Source: Flavobacteriales bacterium
GTDB taxonomy: Bacteria > Bacteroidota > Bacteroidia > Flavobacteriales_D > Sanyastnellaceae
NCBI GenBank assembly: GCA_044338665.1
Contig: JBIIWZ010000010.1
Span: 4,447-68,446 of the forward strand
Reading direction: 5' to 3'
Length of the DNA: 64,000 nt
The notes beneath the pieces were generated by a model. That model was not told where the DNA came from and searched no databases. It saw only the letters and a list, made by a program, of their open reading frames with translations. Of the stretch, positions 31,366-41,303 are shown one piece after another. The first letter of the stretch is position 1, and each line of letters starts with the position of its first letter. A program made the translations under genes and the position numbers.

Positions 31366-31468
31366 AATGTCTATATCTGTTCTTTTTTGAAAATTACTGC
31401 CAACGGTTTGGCGTTTGGTGAAGAGGCCGATTTCGAAGCACTTCACTGTCAACTAAGCACAAAGCTTT

Positions 31469-31490
31469 AATTAACCACTGAACCGCCACT
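31469..31490 (-). repeat. cassette 3-prime repeat, subfamily a core
   Basis: The minus strand reads AAGTGGCGGTTCAGTGGTTAA. It lies about 30 nt 3-prime of the stop of 31522..32034. Confidence 0.65.
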
Positions 31491-31521
31491 TTTAGGTAGG
31501 TGCTGTTATAGCCAGTTATTC

Positions 31522-32034
31522 TCATTCTCGTCCGTATGTTTTTAAATTGTCAACAGGTAATAAACAACCGTCCCAACAAGTATCATATTCTCCTTTGTTG
31601 TTCTCAAGTCCTTTGTTACCTTGGAGTTTTATTGCAGGTTTTTTAAAGTAAAACATAGCAGTGCTGCCAGTAAATCCAGGAGACCAAAATCTATAATTGT
31701 CATCTTGTTTGTGTGCAAAAAGTGATATGTAACCATTCTGTCCCACAACAATGAGAACTTTGTCCCCCTGTACAGGCCAATATCCTGTTGTGTGCTTGTC
31801 AAATTTTTGTCCTTGAACAACAGCTCCCCGAATTTTTGCTGTCAAAACTTTGTTGCTGTCAATGGTCTTAAATATAATTGTTGTGTCTGTATAATTTACT
31901 ATTTCAACATATTCGGTTAGCAAGGCTTCTTTCAGTTCTTTGTCAAGATAAACAGAACGTGGTTTTGCATTCAGGCCTGTTGTCAACAGAACGAAAAAAA
32001 GTAATGTGAGAATATTTTTACTGTCTCGTGTCAT
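31522..32034 (-). CDS. hypothetical secreted protein
   Basis: Trimmed to MTRDSKNILTLLFFVLLTTGLNAKP. Confidence 0.55.
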   Translation of the reverse strand: MTRDSKNILTLLFFVLLTTGLNAKPRSVYLDKELKEALLTEYVEIVNYTDTTIIFKTIDSNKVLTAKIRGAVVQGQKFDKHTTGYWPVQGDKVLIVVGQNGYISLFAHKQDDNYRFWSPGFTGSTAMFYFKKPAIKLQGNKGLENNKGEYDTCWDGCLLPVDNLKTYGRE

Positions 32035-32135
32035 ACTATAATTGGCTATAACGTTTTGTGGGTTTAAGAAGTTGGCGATTTCGGAGTACAAAACCGTCTG
32101 CCAGCATCGAACTTGATACGAAGCACAAAACTTCA

Positions 32136-32184
32136 TTTAACCACTGAACCGCCAATTTCTTAAACCCGCTGTTAGCGGTTCGGG
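32136..32184 (-). repeat. cassette 3-prime repeat, subfamily a
   Basis: The minus strand reads CCCGAACCGCTAACAGCGGGTTTAAGAAATTGGCGGTTCAGTGGTTAAA. It lies about 30 nt 3-prime of the stop of 32215..32799. Confidence 0.7.
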
Positions 32185-32214
32185 CTTCTGTCTGTCCGTT
32201 GTCGTGTATCACTC

Positions 32215-32799
32215 TCATTTTAGTGTCAAATAAGAATAAAGTTTTTTAGCAATGTCAGCTAGTTTGTTGTCCGTTTCAAATTTATAGTCGTTGTCAGAAT
32301 ACTGAATTGATAAAGTATAAATGTAACCGCTTTGTGCTTTGTCTGAATAAACAACTAAGTCAAAACGGCTTTGATTAAGTCCTTTAGATTGTCTGTAAAA
32401 ACGAGTGTTTAGCAAATATGCGTCCTGTCCCGAAGCAAGTTTTATTTTCTCTTGACCGTCTTTGAATTTTTTAGGAAATTCTCTGTCGGAGTTTGCTCTG
32501 TAACCGCTTAAACACTTGTCTTTGCAGTCGTCAAGATTTTTACCGTCTTGCTTAACATAAAAAATTGTCACCATAACAGGCGAGCCGTTAAACGAAGCAG
32601 GAAGTGCAAGTCCGCTGGCTTCTAAAAGTTGTTCTGGTCCTTGTCCACCAGTTGGCATTTGTCGCCACTTGTATGGAAATTTAAATTCATAGTTGTCTGT
32701 CGAAACCGTTTTTAAGCTGTCCCAAACTGTTGGGTCAACTTGTCCAAAAGCGGTCATTGTAAATAACGTTACTGTCAAAATTGTCAAGAGTTTTTTCAT
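32215..32799 (-). CDS. hypothetical secreted protein
   Basis: Signal peptide MKKLLTILTVTLFTMTAFGQ. 194 aa. Confidence 0.6.
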   Translation of the reverse strand: MKKLLTILTVTLFTMTAFGQVDPTVWDSLKTVSTDNYEFKFPYKWRQMPTGGQGPEQLLEASGLALPASFNGSPVMVTIFYVKQDGKNLDDCKDKCLSGYRANSDREFPKKFKDGQEKIKLASGQDAYLLNTRFYRQSKGLNQSRFDLVVYSDKAQSGYIYTLSIQYSDNDYKFETDNKLADIAKKLYSYLTLK

Positions 32800-32937
32800 T
32801 GTCTATTTGTTTGGCGTTTGTTTATTTTTTGCACTACTGTTTTGGTTTAGCACGGTCATCATAGCCTGACCGCTAACTTACTTATACGCGCTACGAACCT
32901 ACCTAATACATCCCAGCGCAGTATGTTCGATGAGGTT

Positions 32938-32970
32938 AAATTACGCATATTTTAGAGTACTTCAATTCAC
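32938..32970 (-). repeat. fragment of the leader-module 3-prime end
   Basis: aaattacgcatattttagagtacttcaattcac is the reverse complement of ...gattgaagtacttttaaaatacgcaatt... from modules A and B. It lies upstream of 32215..32799. Confidence 0.55.
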
Positions 32971-33005
32971 TTTTCATGTCAGCCTAAATTCTATATATTC
33001 TCCAA

Positions 33006-33455
33006 TTACAAATTAATTTGACGCAACTTGGTGAAATCAATGTGCACCCGATTTTCATCTTCCAAACAAGTTAATCTTATGGCCTCGCCTGTCGTATCAA
33101 TTTGAACATTACCCAAAACGGTTCCGTAGTAATCATAAACCGTTACATTGGCCACTTCGGTGGAATCGAACAGGTAGCTATAGTCCGAGAATAATTCTTC
33201 TTTTCCAATGACGTCTACTTGATTTTCTTCCGACGGTTGAAAGAGTTTCAAGTCTAATCTGTGACCATCAAACCCTCCAAAAAGTAATTTAGCTTCCGTG
33301 AAATGGAGCGGACCTTGGTTAGTTTGGATTGATTCACTTTTTGAATCTTCCGAATGATTATTAACTGCACTCTCAACTAACAATATTGCGACTACAATTG
33401 CAACAAAAATTAATACCGGGTAATTAATTGGTGATTTATAATAGAACCAATTCAT
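33006..33455 (-). CDS. hypothetical N-terminally anchored protein
   Basis: 149 aa with a single TM helix, PVLIFVAIVVAILLV. Confidence 0.5.
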   Translation of the reverse strand: MNWFYYKSPINYPVLIFVAIVVAILLVESAVNNHSEDSKSESIQTNQGPLHFTEAKLLFGGFDGHRLDLKLFQPSEENQVDVIGKEELFSDYSYLFDSTEVANVTVYDYYGTVLGNVQIDTTGEAIRLTCLEDENRVHIDFTKLRQINL

Positions 33456-33885
33456 TTTTAGTTTGTGTTGTGTTACGATTAATTTTCGACGATATCAACT
33501 TCAATGAAGAACCTTCTCTCCTAAACTCAAGCATAAGATCTACTTGAAAATCTGACGGAAAATGTCCGTCTAAAATCGAATCCACACGCTCCTTTGCTAA
33601 CGTGCTATTCACAAAGTAGAAAGTCATTTCCTCTGAATTTTCCAATGTTGAATACTGCTTAATAGCATTAACCAAGGAATCAGATTCGTCCATGCTATAT
33701 AATCTCTCATCTATGGTCTCAAAAACCAAGATGCCATTTCGGTGATCTAATAATCTGACATACCTATCGTCTTTGGTAAAGGCCTTATAGATAAGAATGC
33801 CTGCAATTATCACTACAACCAGAATTACCAAAGCTATCACTGTATCGGTAATTTTCAGATAGTTATTTCTTCCGTTTGAATTCAT
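33436..33885 (-). CDS. hypothetical N-terminally anchored protein
   Basis: Start MNSNGRNNYLKITDTVIALVILVVVIIAGILIY. Overlaps the downstream gene by 20 nt. Confidence 0.5.
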   Translation of the reverse strand: MNSNGRNNYLKITDTVIALVILVVVIIAGILIYKAFTKDDRYVRLLDHRNGILVFETIDERLYSMDESDSLVNAIKQYSTLENSEEMTFYFVNSTLAKERVDSILDGHFPSDFQVDLMLEFRREGSSLKLISSKINRNTTQTKNELVLL

Positions 33886-33944
33886 TTCTAAATTTTCGTC
33901 ATTCAATTTCAACACAAAAAAAGAATTACCATTTCTAAAATATT

Positions 33945-34210
33945 AAAAGTACAGAAATATTCTCCCCTACTAACCCCAAACACCATCAATTCTCTTCTTC
34001 CCAAAAAACTGCGCAGTTTTCTCGAGCTTCATTTTTGAAAAAAATCATATTTCACAAGGGGTTTGGCAGATTGGGACCGGAGAAAAATCCGCACAAATAC
34101 CTAGGAACTTCGTAATTGGAAAATCGGAGATTTTATTCCTGCTGCTTAATTCCTCCCGATAGCTATCGGGATCATACTTCCTAATTCATAATTGGAACTA
34201 CGTTGTTGTT
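33945..34210 (-). repeat. leader module copy D (contains the palindrome at 34003-34020)
   Basis: The first ~76 nt are identical to copy C (aaaagtacagaaatattctcccctactaaccccaaacaccatcaattctcttcttcccaaaaaactgcgcagtttt). It also shares aaaaatccgcacaaatacctaggaacttcgtaattggaaaatcggagattttattcctgct. Confidence 0.8.
34003..34020. promoter_or_regulatory. palindrome AAAAAACTGCGCAGTTTT (copy P1)
   Basis: Perfect 16-bp palindrome at 34005-34020 within module D. Confidence 0.5.
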
Positions 34211-34747
34211 CTTTATTTTTCTGGAATGAAACTGAAATTCTAATCTCAATTCTTTAAAAATTTTCAAACTAGAAAAACTTTTCCAAAGAGAATTACACCA
34301 AAGAACAGTAAACCCGAAAAAAAGAAATAAAAAATAAACGCCTTGCCATCGAAATGAAGCCTTCTTTTTCTCATTAGTTTTAAGAATCTGTTCTTGTAAA
34401 ATATTGAAAAATAGTTAACTATAAAAAAGGTAAGTAAAAAGTTAAAAATCCAGAGAAAGCTGTATTCAAATATTGCCCTGGAAAAAAATCAATTTTTTTA
34501 ATAGCGGATTAAATTTCACAAATGAACCAACTAAAAAATAAATAGACACCAAATTAAAACCTTGGGCTATTGAGAATGCAACTAACAGAGTTATCATTTT
34601 TTCCCTGTTGGATTTTCCACTATTAGTTTTTTTTTGCTTTAGCAATTCCGTCTAACCATATTTCATAATACCAATTCATGTTTTGTACTTGTATCCTAGA
34701 CGATCTATTATTCTCATTTTTATTTTCTGCTTACTTTAACTATCTAT

Positions 34748-34918
34748 TAAAAGATATAAGCGTTGAATATAACAAATAAAACCGCTGTTACTATTCCCGC
34801 CAAAGCCACTGTCTTCATTTGTTTTCTTTTATCAGTATTCTCTTTACTATTTTTTGATTTCATTGAGACGTATTCAAACATCACAATTGTGCAGATCAAA
34901 AACGAAAGAATGAACATG
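34748..34918 (-). pseudogene. truncated paralog of the 36335..36781 membrane protein (last 56 codons only)
   Basis: Encodes MFILSFLICTIVMFEYVSMKSKNSKENTDKRKQMKTVALAGIVTAVLFVIFNAYIF. The C-terminus of 36335..36781 reads MFILSFLICTIIMFVYASYKPTKSNENVAKRKYMKTVALAGIVTAVLFVLFSAFLF. Confidence 0.6.
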
Positions 34919-34963
34919 ACGATTATTATTTAGTTACCTATAAAAATAACTTACTCAAAGGCA

Positions 34964-35167
34964 CTATTCCCAGGGAAATCTATCAATTCTACGAAGAATA
35001 GCCGAGCCTCCCCCATGTTCCGAAGATTCAGGATACTCGTTTATCCATTTTTCGCCTGTCTTTACGTCAACATAGAAAACAACCCAATTCTCTTTGTTGA
35101 CTTCTTTTAACGTTTTTATTTTATCGTAATATAACTTTCCTTCTTCGTATATATCAGTGTCTTTCAT
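34964..35167 (-). CDS. Imm27-like small immunity protein
   Basis: 67 aa. GEKWINEYPESSEHGGGSAILRRI resembles, from memory, the Imm27 motif W-x-L-x-YP-x-S-E-x-HGGGPP-x-L. It is shorter than typical family members. Confidence 0.45.
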   Translation of the reverse strand: MKDTDIYEEGKLYYDKIKTLKEVNKENWVVFYVDVKTGEKWINEYPESSEHGGGSAILRRIDRFPWE

Positions 35168-35229
35168 TATTGAGAAATCGGAGATTTTAATACTAACTTA
35201 TCGTTTAGATTTTGAAACGAGATTCGATT

Positions 35230-35691
35230 CTAGTGGTCCATAGTATTCGCAGATGAACAGTGTGAATTATAGATCTCTAAGAATTCAGTTATAGCCACAA
35301 TAATCAAATAAATCAAAGTGAAACTGATTTTAACTTCAGTATCCTCTTCAAAAAAAGAAATCACAAAATACACCAGTGTGTAACGGATCATTGAAATCAT
35401 TAATACACTCAGATTAGACTCTAATCCTATTCTCTTTGCCAAAAAAATTGAAATTCTTAGCAATACATTACTCAATATAAAAAGAGAAAAAGACAACCAA
35501 GATGCTTTGAAAAGCCAATAAAGTAGCAACAAGACAGCAATAGGAACATCATTATATGGAACGTCACGACTTACGTTGAATTTAAAAAGCATGTAACAAC
35601 AAAATAGAACATTACAAACTATGGCGATAAGAATTTGCCTTATCAGTCGCGATCGAATGTTCTTGTTCAAACAAAAAAAGATGCTTTCCAT
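35230..35691 (-). CDS. hypothetical multi-pass membrane protein
   Basis: 153 aa with 4 hydrophobic segments. Confidence 0.5.
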   Translation of the reverse strand: MESIFFCLNKNIRSRLIRQILIAIVCNVLFCCYMLFKFNVSRDVPYNDVPIAVLLLLYWLFKASWLSFSLFILSNVLLRISIFLAKRIGLESNLSVLMISMIRYTLVYFVISFFEEDTEVKISFTLIYLIIVAITEFLEIYNSHCSSANTMDH

Positions 35692-35713
35692 AAAATTACA
35701 ATTTCTTCAAATA

Positions 35714-36313
35714 CTAAGCGAAATAAAAGAATTCGATCAAAATAGTATCGTCTTTTTTCCAGCGAACCCAACCAAAATTCGTATTTCCGTTGAGTTCCCA
35801 TTCCACTTGTAACCAATCTCCTTCAATTTTTACTGGATGGAAGACGCAGTCCTTATCGAAATTTATAGGTTCAGATTTTTCTGAGGCCTGTTTTCTCGGA
35901 GGATTTTTAGATTCAAATTCAATCGAAAATAAATTGAGTATATGTTCCTCAAAGGTGTTTAAAAGAACTTTACCCGAAGCAACGTCCAAATAACCAACCT
36001 CGCCACTCTCTAATCGGACTTTATAAAACTCTTCTGTTACATCTAAACAGTCCAATGCCAATATCTCATATTCTTCTTTCAGAATAATGAATTGCGCAAT
36101 TTGATTTTTATCGTTGTAAACGACAATTGTATCGCCGAATTTACACTCTGAACTACACACGACAATTCCAATTACCCCTTTAATATTTTTATATTCCGAC
36201 TCAATCTTTGAAATTTCCTCCGTATTCGAATATCTCTCAATGTTATTGCATATCGAACCATTTCCGGCAAGTGCGCATAACCATAGGCTGATAATGAGAA
36301 TAGTATTTTTCAT
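35714..36313 (-). CDS. hypothetical secreted protein with SH3b-like segments
   Basis: Signal peptide MKNTILIISLWLCALAG. GEVGYLDVASGKV and GDWLQVEW...GWVRW resemble bacterial SH3 domains. Confidence 0.5.
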   Translation of the reverse strand: MKNTILIISLWLCALAGNGSICNNIERYSNTEEISKIESEYKNIKGVIGIVVCSSECKFGDTIVVYNDKNQIAQFIILKEEYEILALDCLDVTEEFYKVRLESGEVGYLDVASGKVLLNTFEEHILNLFSIEFESKNPPRKQASEKSEPINFDKDCVFHPVKIEGDWLQVEWELNGNTNFGWVRWKKDDTILIEFFYFA

Positions 36314-36334
36314 TTTTTCAATTTCGTTTATTAA

Positions 36335-36781
36335 TTAGAAAAGAAATGCGCTGAATAAAACAAATAAGACAGCTGTTACTATTCCTGCCAAAGCCACTGT
36401 CTTCATATATTTTCTCTTAGCAACATTCTCATTACTTTTTGTTGGTTTATATGAGGCGTATACAAACATTATAATTGTGCAGATCAAAAACGAAAGAATA
36501 AACATAACCGAAATCCAAGCTTTTCCTTCGGCATCATCAGTACCACCTGCGAAGCATCGGACGAGAATGTCATTGACAAGTAAGAGTCCGTAATTGTATA
36601 TAACTGTCTTTGAAAAACTAGTTTTATAAAGTGGGAAGTTAATGATTGCAATTACGATTGTAAGTACCCAGGGTGTTGCAAGAATTGAAAATGGTGGATT
36701 AGAATTTCCAAGAATATTACTGATTACAATTAAAGCAACTCCTAAAAATACTAATTGAATTTCTCTTGTACTTTCGTTCAT
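36335..36781 (-). CDS. hypothetical 4-TM membrane protein
   Basis: 148 aa. It has a truncated paralog at 34748-34918. Confidence 0.55.
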   Translation of the reverse strand: MNESTREIQLVFLGVALIVISNILGNSNPPFSILATPWVLTIVIAIINFPLYKTSFSKTVIYNYGLLLVNDILVRCFAGGTDDAEGKAWISVMFILSFLICTIIMFVYASYKPTKSNENVAKRKYMKTVALAGIVTAVLFVLFSAFLF

Positions 36782-36888
36782 AATGTTTGTGTTTCGTTAC
36801 TTCCTGTTATTAAATCCCTTCACTATATGAAGGGTTACAACTGTTTGCTGTTGTCTTTGTGATAAACTCAATGCAATATTTCAATATT

Positions 36889-37641
36889 CTAATTCATATG
36901 TATTGTTTCAAATCCCAATTCCTTAATATCGGCCTCAAACATGTCCTTTGAGTTTCTCAATTCCCAACTAAGTTTTTGATTGTTCCATTTGAAAATAACA
37001 GGATAATTCAGCGTAATGGAATCACAACTTGCATTAAGGTACGAATAAAAATTCCCACGCAGAAAATGAGTGTCATCCTGAAAACTAATCAAATTGTATA
37101 AATTATCATATGATTTAAAATCAACAAAATCCTCGCTATAATTAACAATGACATAGTTAATTACTAAGTACCAGTTTTCAAAATTCTTGGTAAAAACTCT
37201 AGGTATTGCAAATCGAAATTCTATATTATCCTCCAAACAATCTACTTTTTCACCCCATTTAACTACATCTCCAAAATGGTTATCATGAAATTCATTAAAA
37301 TCTTTAAGTTGTGACTCAGACAATCCAAAATCATGGTAAGAATAATACTTAAAATGTGTTTCTAAATCCCATACACGATTACCAAATTGCTTTCCTCTTC
37401 TTATGAAACTCGCAGAATATGCATTGCGTTGCTCATCAAATCTCAATTGCTTCTCGCCAAAAACCTTCGGAAAGTAAAATGTATCATTCAACATTTGATT
37501 AAATACACTTTCAAAATTAATATCCACAGTGTCCGCAACAGAAAAATGTTCTTCTCTTGAGGAACAAGATGAAAGGACCATTGTCATGACTGCAAAGAAG
37601 ACAAAGAACTGGTCCTTAATTATTTTATTTGATTTCACCAT
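36889..37641 (-). CDS. hypothetical lipoprotein
   Basis: Lipobox MTMVLSSC. 250 aa. Confidence 0.55.
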   Translation of the reverse strand: MVKSNKIIKDQFFVFFAVMTMVLSSCSSREEHFSVADTVDINFESVFNQMLNDTFYFPKVFGEKQLRFDEQRNAYSASFIRRGKQFGNRVWDLETHFKYYSYHDFGLSESQLKDFNEFHDNHFGDVVKWGEKVDCLEDNIEFRFAIPRVFTKNFENWYLVINYVIVNYSEDFVDFKSYDNLYNLISFQDDTHFLRGNFYSYLNASCDSITLNYPVIFKWNNQKLSWELRNSKDMFEADIKELGFETIHMN

Positions 37642-37677
37642 TAATTTTCAATCTCAATTAGGTGTGATTTTCTTCTG

Positions 37678-37917
37678 TTAGTTTAAAAACTCGTTAGAGT
37701 ATGTCATTTCATAAACAATCCAAAACCCAATTATGATAATGGGCAAAATAACTGCCCACTTCCATGAGATATCAATTGGATACTTTTGGAAAATCTCGGG
37801 CTGGATGTAATTAAAAAGGATGATTAGGATTAATGTCAAAACGAATAGCAATGCAAAACCAACACCTAAAACCAGGAGCAGAAAAGGCATACCCATCATT
37901 GCTTGTAGCAAGATCAT
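37678..37917 (-). CDS. small 2-TM membrane protein
   Basis: 79 aa with two hydrophobic helices. Confidence 0.45.
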   Translation of the reverse strand: MILLQAMMGMPFLLLVLGVGFALLFVLTLILIILFNYIQPEIFQKYPIDISWKWAVILPIIIIGFWIVYEMTYSNEFLN

Positions 37918-37991
37918 AGTTGTTGATTTGGTTTGTTCTTTTTCTATTTCATTTTTAAAATTGAAATGCTTTCAATCTTTTCATTTCGAAA

Positions 37992-38558
37992 TCATCTTGT
38001 AAAATGAAAACTTCGTGGATCCATTAACTTCCACTGATCATGAAAATCGAATGGAGTTAAGCTTAGAACATAATGCTTACGACCTATGGAAAAATACAAC
38101 TTCATATCGGCGCGAGTATGTGCCTGAGGCGCAACTTCAAAATCTTTAGATGCCGGCCATAAAACTTCCATGTCGGGCCCATCTATCTTTGGAATTATAT
38201 AATTGTAAGTAATACTATCTAAAATCGCTTTTGACCAATTTATCTTTCCTAGATCTTGTATTTCCTCATTAAAATTTAATATGAATTCATTTCTCAATTG
38301 ATTGTATACTTCAGCAGAGATACTTTCTTGCTCTACTCTTTTCACAAGCTCGCCTTGAACCCCTCTGGCCTTCATCTCGTCTAAAATCGCTATTTTCAAT
38401 TGCTCCTGAGAAACATAGAGGTAATCTATTAATTTCTCAGATTGCTGTGATTGTAATCTGCGAAAAACTTCTTGTGCCCAAATTATTGGATTCATCGCGT
38501 AGCTCGCTGATATTGAATTCAGCGAAATTGTGAAAAGAACTAGTGTTTTCAATCTCAT
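37992..38558 (-). CDS. hypothetical secreted protein
   Basis: Signal peptide MRLKTLVLFTISLNSISASYA. Confidence 0.55.
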   Translation of the reverse strand: MRLKTLVLFTISLNSISASYAMNPIIWAQEVFRRLQSQQSEKLIDYLYVSQEQLKIAILDEMKARGVQGELVKRVEQESISAEVYNQLRNEFILNFNEEIQDLGKINWSKAILDSITYNYIIPKIDGPDMEVLWPASKDFEVAPQAHTRADMKLYFSIGRKHYVLSLTPFDFHDQWKLMDPRSFHFTR

Positions 38559-38562
38559 ATTT

Positions 38563-39237
38563 TCATTCCATTTCTACATCTAAATAAACAGATAAATCTG
38601 GTGAATTACTTTTCAGTAGAGTCTTTTTCATTTTCTCTAAAGACAAGTGAACGTTTTTATTGCGATTGTTTATCCAAATAGTTCCTGTAACGTTTTTTAT
38701 TGAAGACAAATCTGGTTCATTTTCGAAATACCCATAGATGTTTAAAAAATCAACTGAACTTAACGATGAGATTATACCAGGAATACCATTCGAATCACAC
38801 TCCAACGTTAACGTTCCTAATTTCTTATCCTTCAAAAAATTTGAATCGTCCACATTCAAATAGCTTAATCCTATATCCTTTAAATCGCGACTTATTATAC
38901 TGCCTTTTAATTCCGCGTAACGTGTGGCATATAAACGCAAACTAACTAAACCTTCTATTTCAATATTCTCATTTATTATTAAGGAATCGGTTAATATCTC
39001 CAAATGTTTGACTTTGGTCTTCCCTATTGACTTTAGAATGATTGAAAGCATTTTACTTTCAGCAGGATAAATATTCAACAAAAAAATAGAGTCGACATTT
39101 TCAAGGTACTTCAAATCGTATAAACTTTCCAAACTGCAAAAAGTATAGTAGTTAAGTTCAGGCTGATTGCTCTGAGGCTCTGGTTGATTGCAAGCGAAAA
39201 GAAGTATGGAAAGGAATATTACACAACATTTTTGCAT
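38563..39237 (-). CDS. hypothetical lipoprotein with leucine-rich-repeat-like segments
   Basis: Trimmed to MQKCCVIFLSILLFAC. Repeated L-x-x-L-x-L/I-x-x-N-like stretches. The tracked N-terminal extension enters leader module C. Confidence 0.5.
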   Translation of the reverse strand: MQKCCVIFLSILLFACNQPEPQSNQPELNYYTFCSLESLYDLKYLENVDSIFLLNIYPAESKMLSIILKSIGKTKVKHLEILTDSLIINENIEIEGLVSLRLYATRYAELKGSIISRDLKDIGLSYLNVDDSNFLKDKKLGTLTLECDSNGIPGIISSLSSVDFLNIYGYFENEPDLSSIKNVTGTIWINNRNKNVHLSLEKMKKTLLKSNSPDLSVYLDVEME

Positions 39238-39291
39238 TCGATTTCGACTAATCAAAATGTGAAGTAATAAAATCAATTGTTTCATTAAATT

Positions 39292-39622
39292 AAAAGTACA
39301 GAAATATTCTCCCCTACTAACCCCAAACACCATCAATTCTCTTCTTCCCAAAAAACTGCGCAGTTTTTTCGGCCTTCATTTTTGAATATTTTCAGATTTA
39401 ACAAGAGATACAGAAGATTTGGAGTAAATAAAAATCCGCACAAATACCTAGGAACTTCGTAATTAGAAAATCGGAGATTTTATTCCTGCTTAGTAATTAA
39501 AACTGCGTTGTTGGAACTATGTTGTTTGAACTTCGTTGTTAAAATCGTCGAAGACATTCGCGAAGCATTCGCACAAAGTGCATTCGTCCGTAGGACATTC
39601 GCCTCCGGCATTTGTTCCTACG
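39292..39622 (-). repeat. leader module copy C (full length, with GAATG array and the palindrome at 39350-39369)
   Basis: It shares both conserved blocks with copy D. Segment 39533-39622 is the reverse complement of the GAATG array at 41938-42022. Confidence 0.8.
39350..39369. promoter_or_regulatory. perfect 20-bp palindrome AAAAAACTGCGCAGTTTTTT (copy P2)
   Basis: Read directly from the sequence. Confidence 0.55.
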
Positions 39623-39638
39623 GAACATTTTGCCCTTC

Positions 39639-39750
39639 AAAAAAAACTGCACAGTTTTTTACACCAGGCTTCTTTCATTTTTCCATAAAAATCAATACTT
39701 TCAACGATTTTGACTTCCTGAAAAATCCGTAGAAATACCTAGAAAAAAAA
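39639..39750 (-). repeat. partial second leader module with a variant palindrome (AAAAAAAACTGCACAGTTTTTT, P3)
   Basis: aaaaaaaactgcacagtttttt at 39639-39660, followed by ...cctgaaaaatccgtagaaatacctag, which resembles module C. Confidence 0.55.
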
Positions 39751-39873
39751 TTCAATCTAAAAAAGAACAACACCCTAGATTTCAGCAGTTTAGATTTGAT
39801 ATGAAAATAGAATGGTAATTTATAAAAATCTCTGAAATTCTTAGGATGTTGGAATTGTGCTATTTTCGGTGAT

Positions 39874-40524
39874 ATGACAACTTACGAATACGCGGTAGTC
39901 TTAACGAGCGCAACAGAAATTGTTGCTGTTGCTGCCGCTATTTTCTACAAAGTGTATAAAACCAAATTCGGTTTCATTCTGTTCTTGTTTCCGCTTAGTT
40001 CACTCATTGCCGACTCAATGATTATCTATAACAACTACGGCTATATGCCCATTGGTATGATTTATCACGTGTTTTCACTGTTCAACTCATGGGTGTTATT
40101 CAAAGCTATTCAAGTGTTTTCAAGAAAAGAATTGAAGCTTATTCTGCTTGCCATCGTTATCTTCAGTTGCTTCATTGTTCATATCGTTGTAAAAACTTTC
40201 CAAACCCAGACGCCACACCCCGATGTATTTCAAGGCATTTCCTCCATTTTCATTGCCTTTCTTGGAACTATTGGAACCTTCAGATTAATTAAAAAAGCCG
40301 ATTCGAAAAAAAACGGAATCTCTTACTATTTCCAAGCAATTGTGAGTGTCACGATTTTCTATTTCATTATGTTCACCCCACTTATAGGTTTTCATCTCAT
40401 ATACTACAATCAAATTGATGCAAGCCTTTGTTCATACCTATTGATCTGGTGCCCCTTGGCTAACATTTTTAGAAACATTATACTCATACGTCTCTTCTTT
40501 GTAGGCCGACAAGCCATGCTATGA
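39874..40524 (+). CDS. 7-TM membrane protein, translationally coupled to the histidine kinase
   Basis: 216 aa with seven hydrophobic segments. ATGA stop/start overlap with 40521. Confidence 0.6.
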   Translation: MTTYEYAVVLTSATEIVAVAAAIFYKVYKTKFGFILFLFPLSSLIADSMIIYNNYGYMPIGMIYHVFSLFNSWVLFKAIQVFSRKELKLILLAIVIFSCFIVHIVVKTFQTQTPHPDVFQGISSIFIAFLGTIGTFRLIKKADSKKNGISYYFQAIVSVTIFYFIMFTPLIGFHLIYYNQIDASLCSYLLIWCPLANIFRNIILIRLFFVGRQAML

Positions 40525-41303
40525 ACCCAGTTGAATTCGCCATCCTTGCAGGAATTGTAATTGCCGCGCTAGCACTATTGCTAGTAGGTATACTTTTCTT
40601 TGCTATGCGCAAGGTTATTCAAAACTCGAGACAAGAAGAGTTTCACAAAACAGAACTTCAAAAAGCCATTATTGCCACACAAGAATCGGAACGCGAAGAA
40701 ATGGCCAACAACCTTCACGACGACATTGGCCCACAATTGAACATTCTTGCACACAAGCTTATTGAACAAGACTCTAACCTCTACCGCACTTCCTTCCAAC
40801 GTGAAGAAATGAACGAGATTCAAGACATTGTGGAAACACTTACCCTTGATCTGCGCAGATACACCACGGCTATCTTCCCGCATGTGGTGCGCACGCAAGG
40901 ACTTATTGCTGCCCTTCGAATTACCCTTCAACACTTTCAACCGCAATGGGAAATAACTTTTCAGTCGACCATGTCTGAAGATAAGGTATTCCCCGACTCG
41001 TTCGCCCTTCCTGTCTTTCGCATCTACAACGAACTGCTAAACAACCTGGCGAAACACGCCAAACCCGGACAAGTAGATGTTGAACTATATTTCAACTACA
41101 ACCAATTCATTGTTCACATAGATCACAACGGAGATGGACTTAAACAAGAAGAATTCATGCACCACGCTCAACAAGCCAAAGGACGCGGTTGCTCTTCCAT
41201 ACTGAATAGAATAGACCAATTGCACGGCACCATTCACTTTTGGAACAACATAGAAATTTCGAAAATAACCATTGACATTCCGTATGAGCAGCCCAAAAAT
41301 TAA
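40521..41303 (+). CDS. intramembrane-type sensor histidine kinase (HisKA_3 / NarX-LiaS class)
   Basis: A single N-terminal TM helix and no extracytoplasmic domain. H-box NNLHDDIGPQL, N-box YNELLNNLAKHA, and G-boxes DHNGDG and GRGCSSI. Confidence 0.8.
   Translation: MNPVEFAILAGIVIAALALLLVGILFFAMRKVIQNSRQEEFHKTELQKAIIATQESEREEMANNLHDDIGPQLNILAHKLIEQDSNLYRTSFQREEMNEIQDIVETLTLDLRRYTTAIFPHVVRTQGLIAALRITLQHFQPQWEITFQSTMSEDKVFPDSFALPVFRIYNELLNNLAKHAKPGQVDVELYFNYNQFIVHIDHNGDGLKQEEFMHHAQQAKGRGCSSILNRIDQLHGTIHFWNNIEISKITIDIPYEQPKN

Noticed and set aside
39350-39369. The AAAAAACTGCGCAGTTTTTT palindrome as a simple rho-independent terminator.
   Set aside because: Not fully excluded. However, the stem would be almost entirely A-T with only a CTGC/GCAG centre and essentially no loop. 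Every copy also sits at a fixed position inside a conserved module upstream of a gene block, which fits an operator better.
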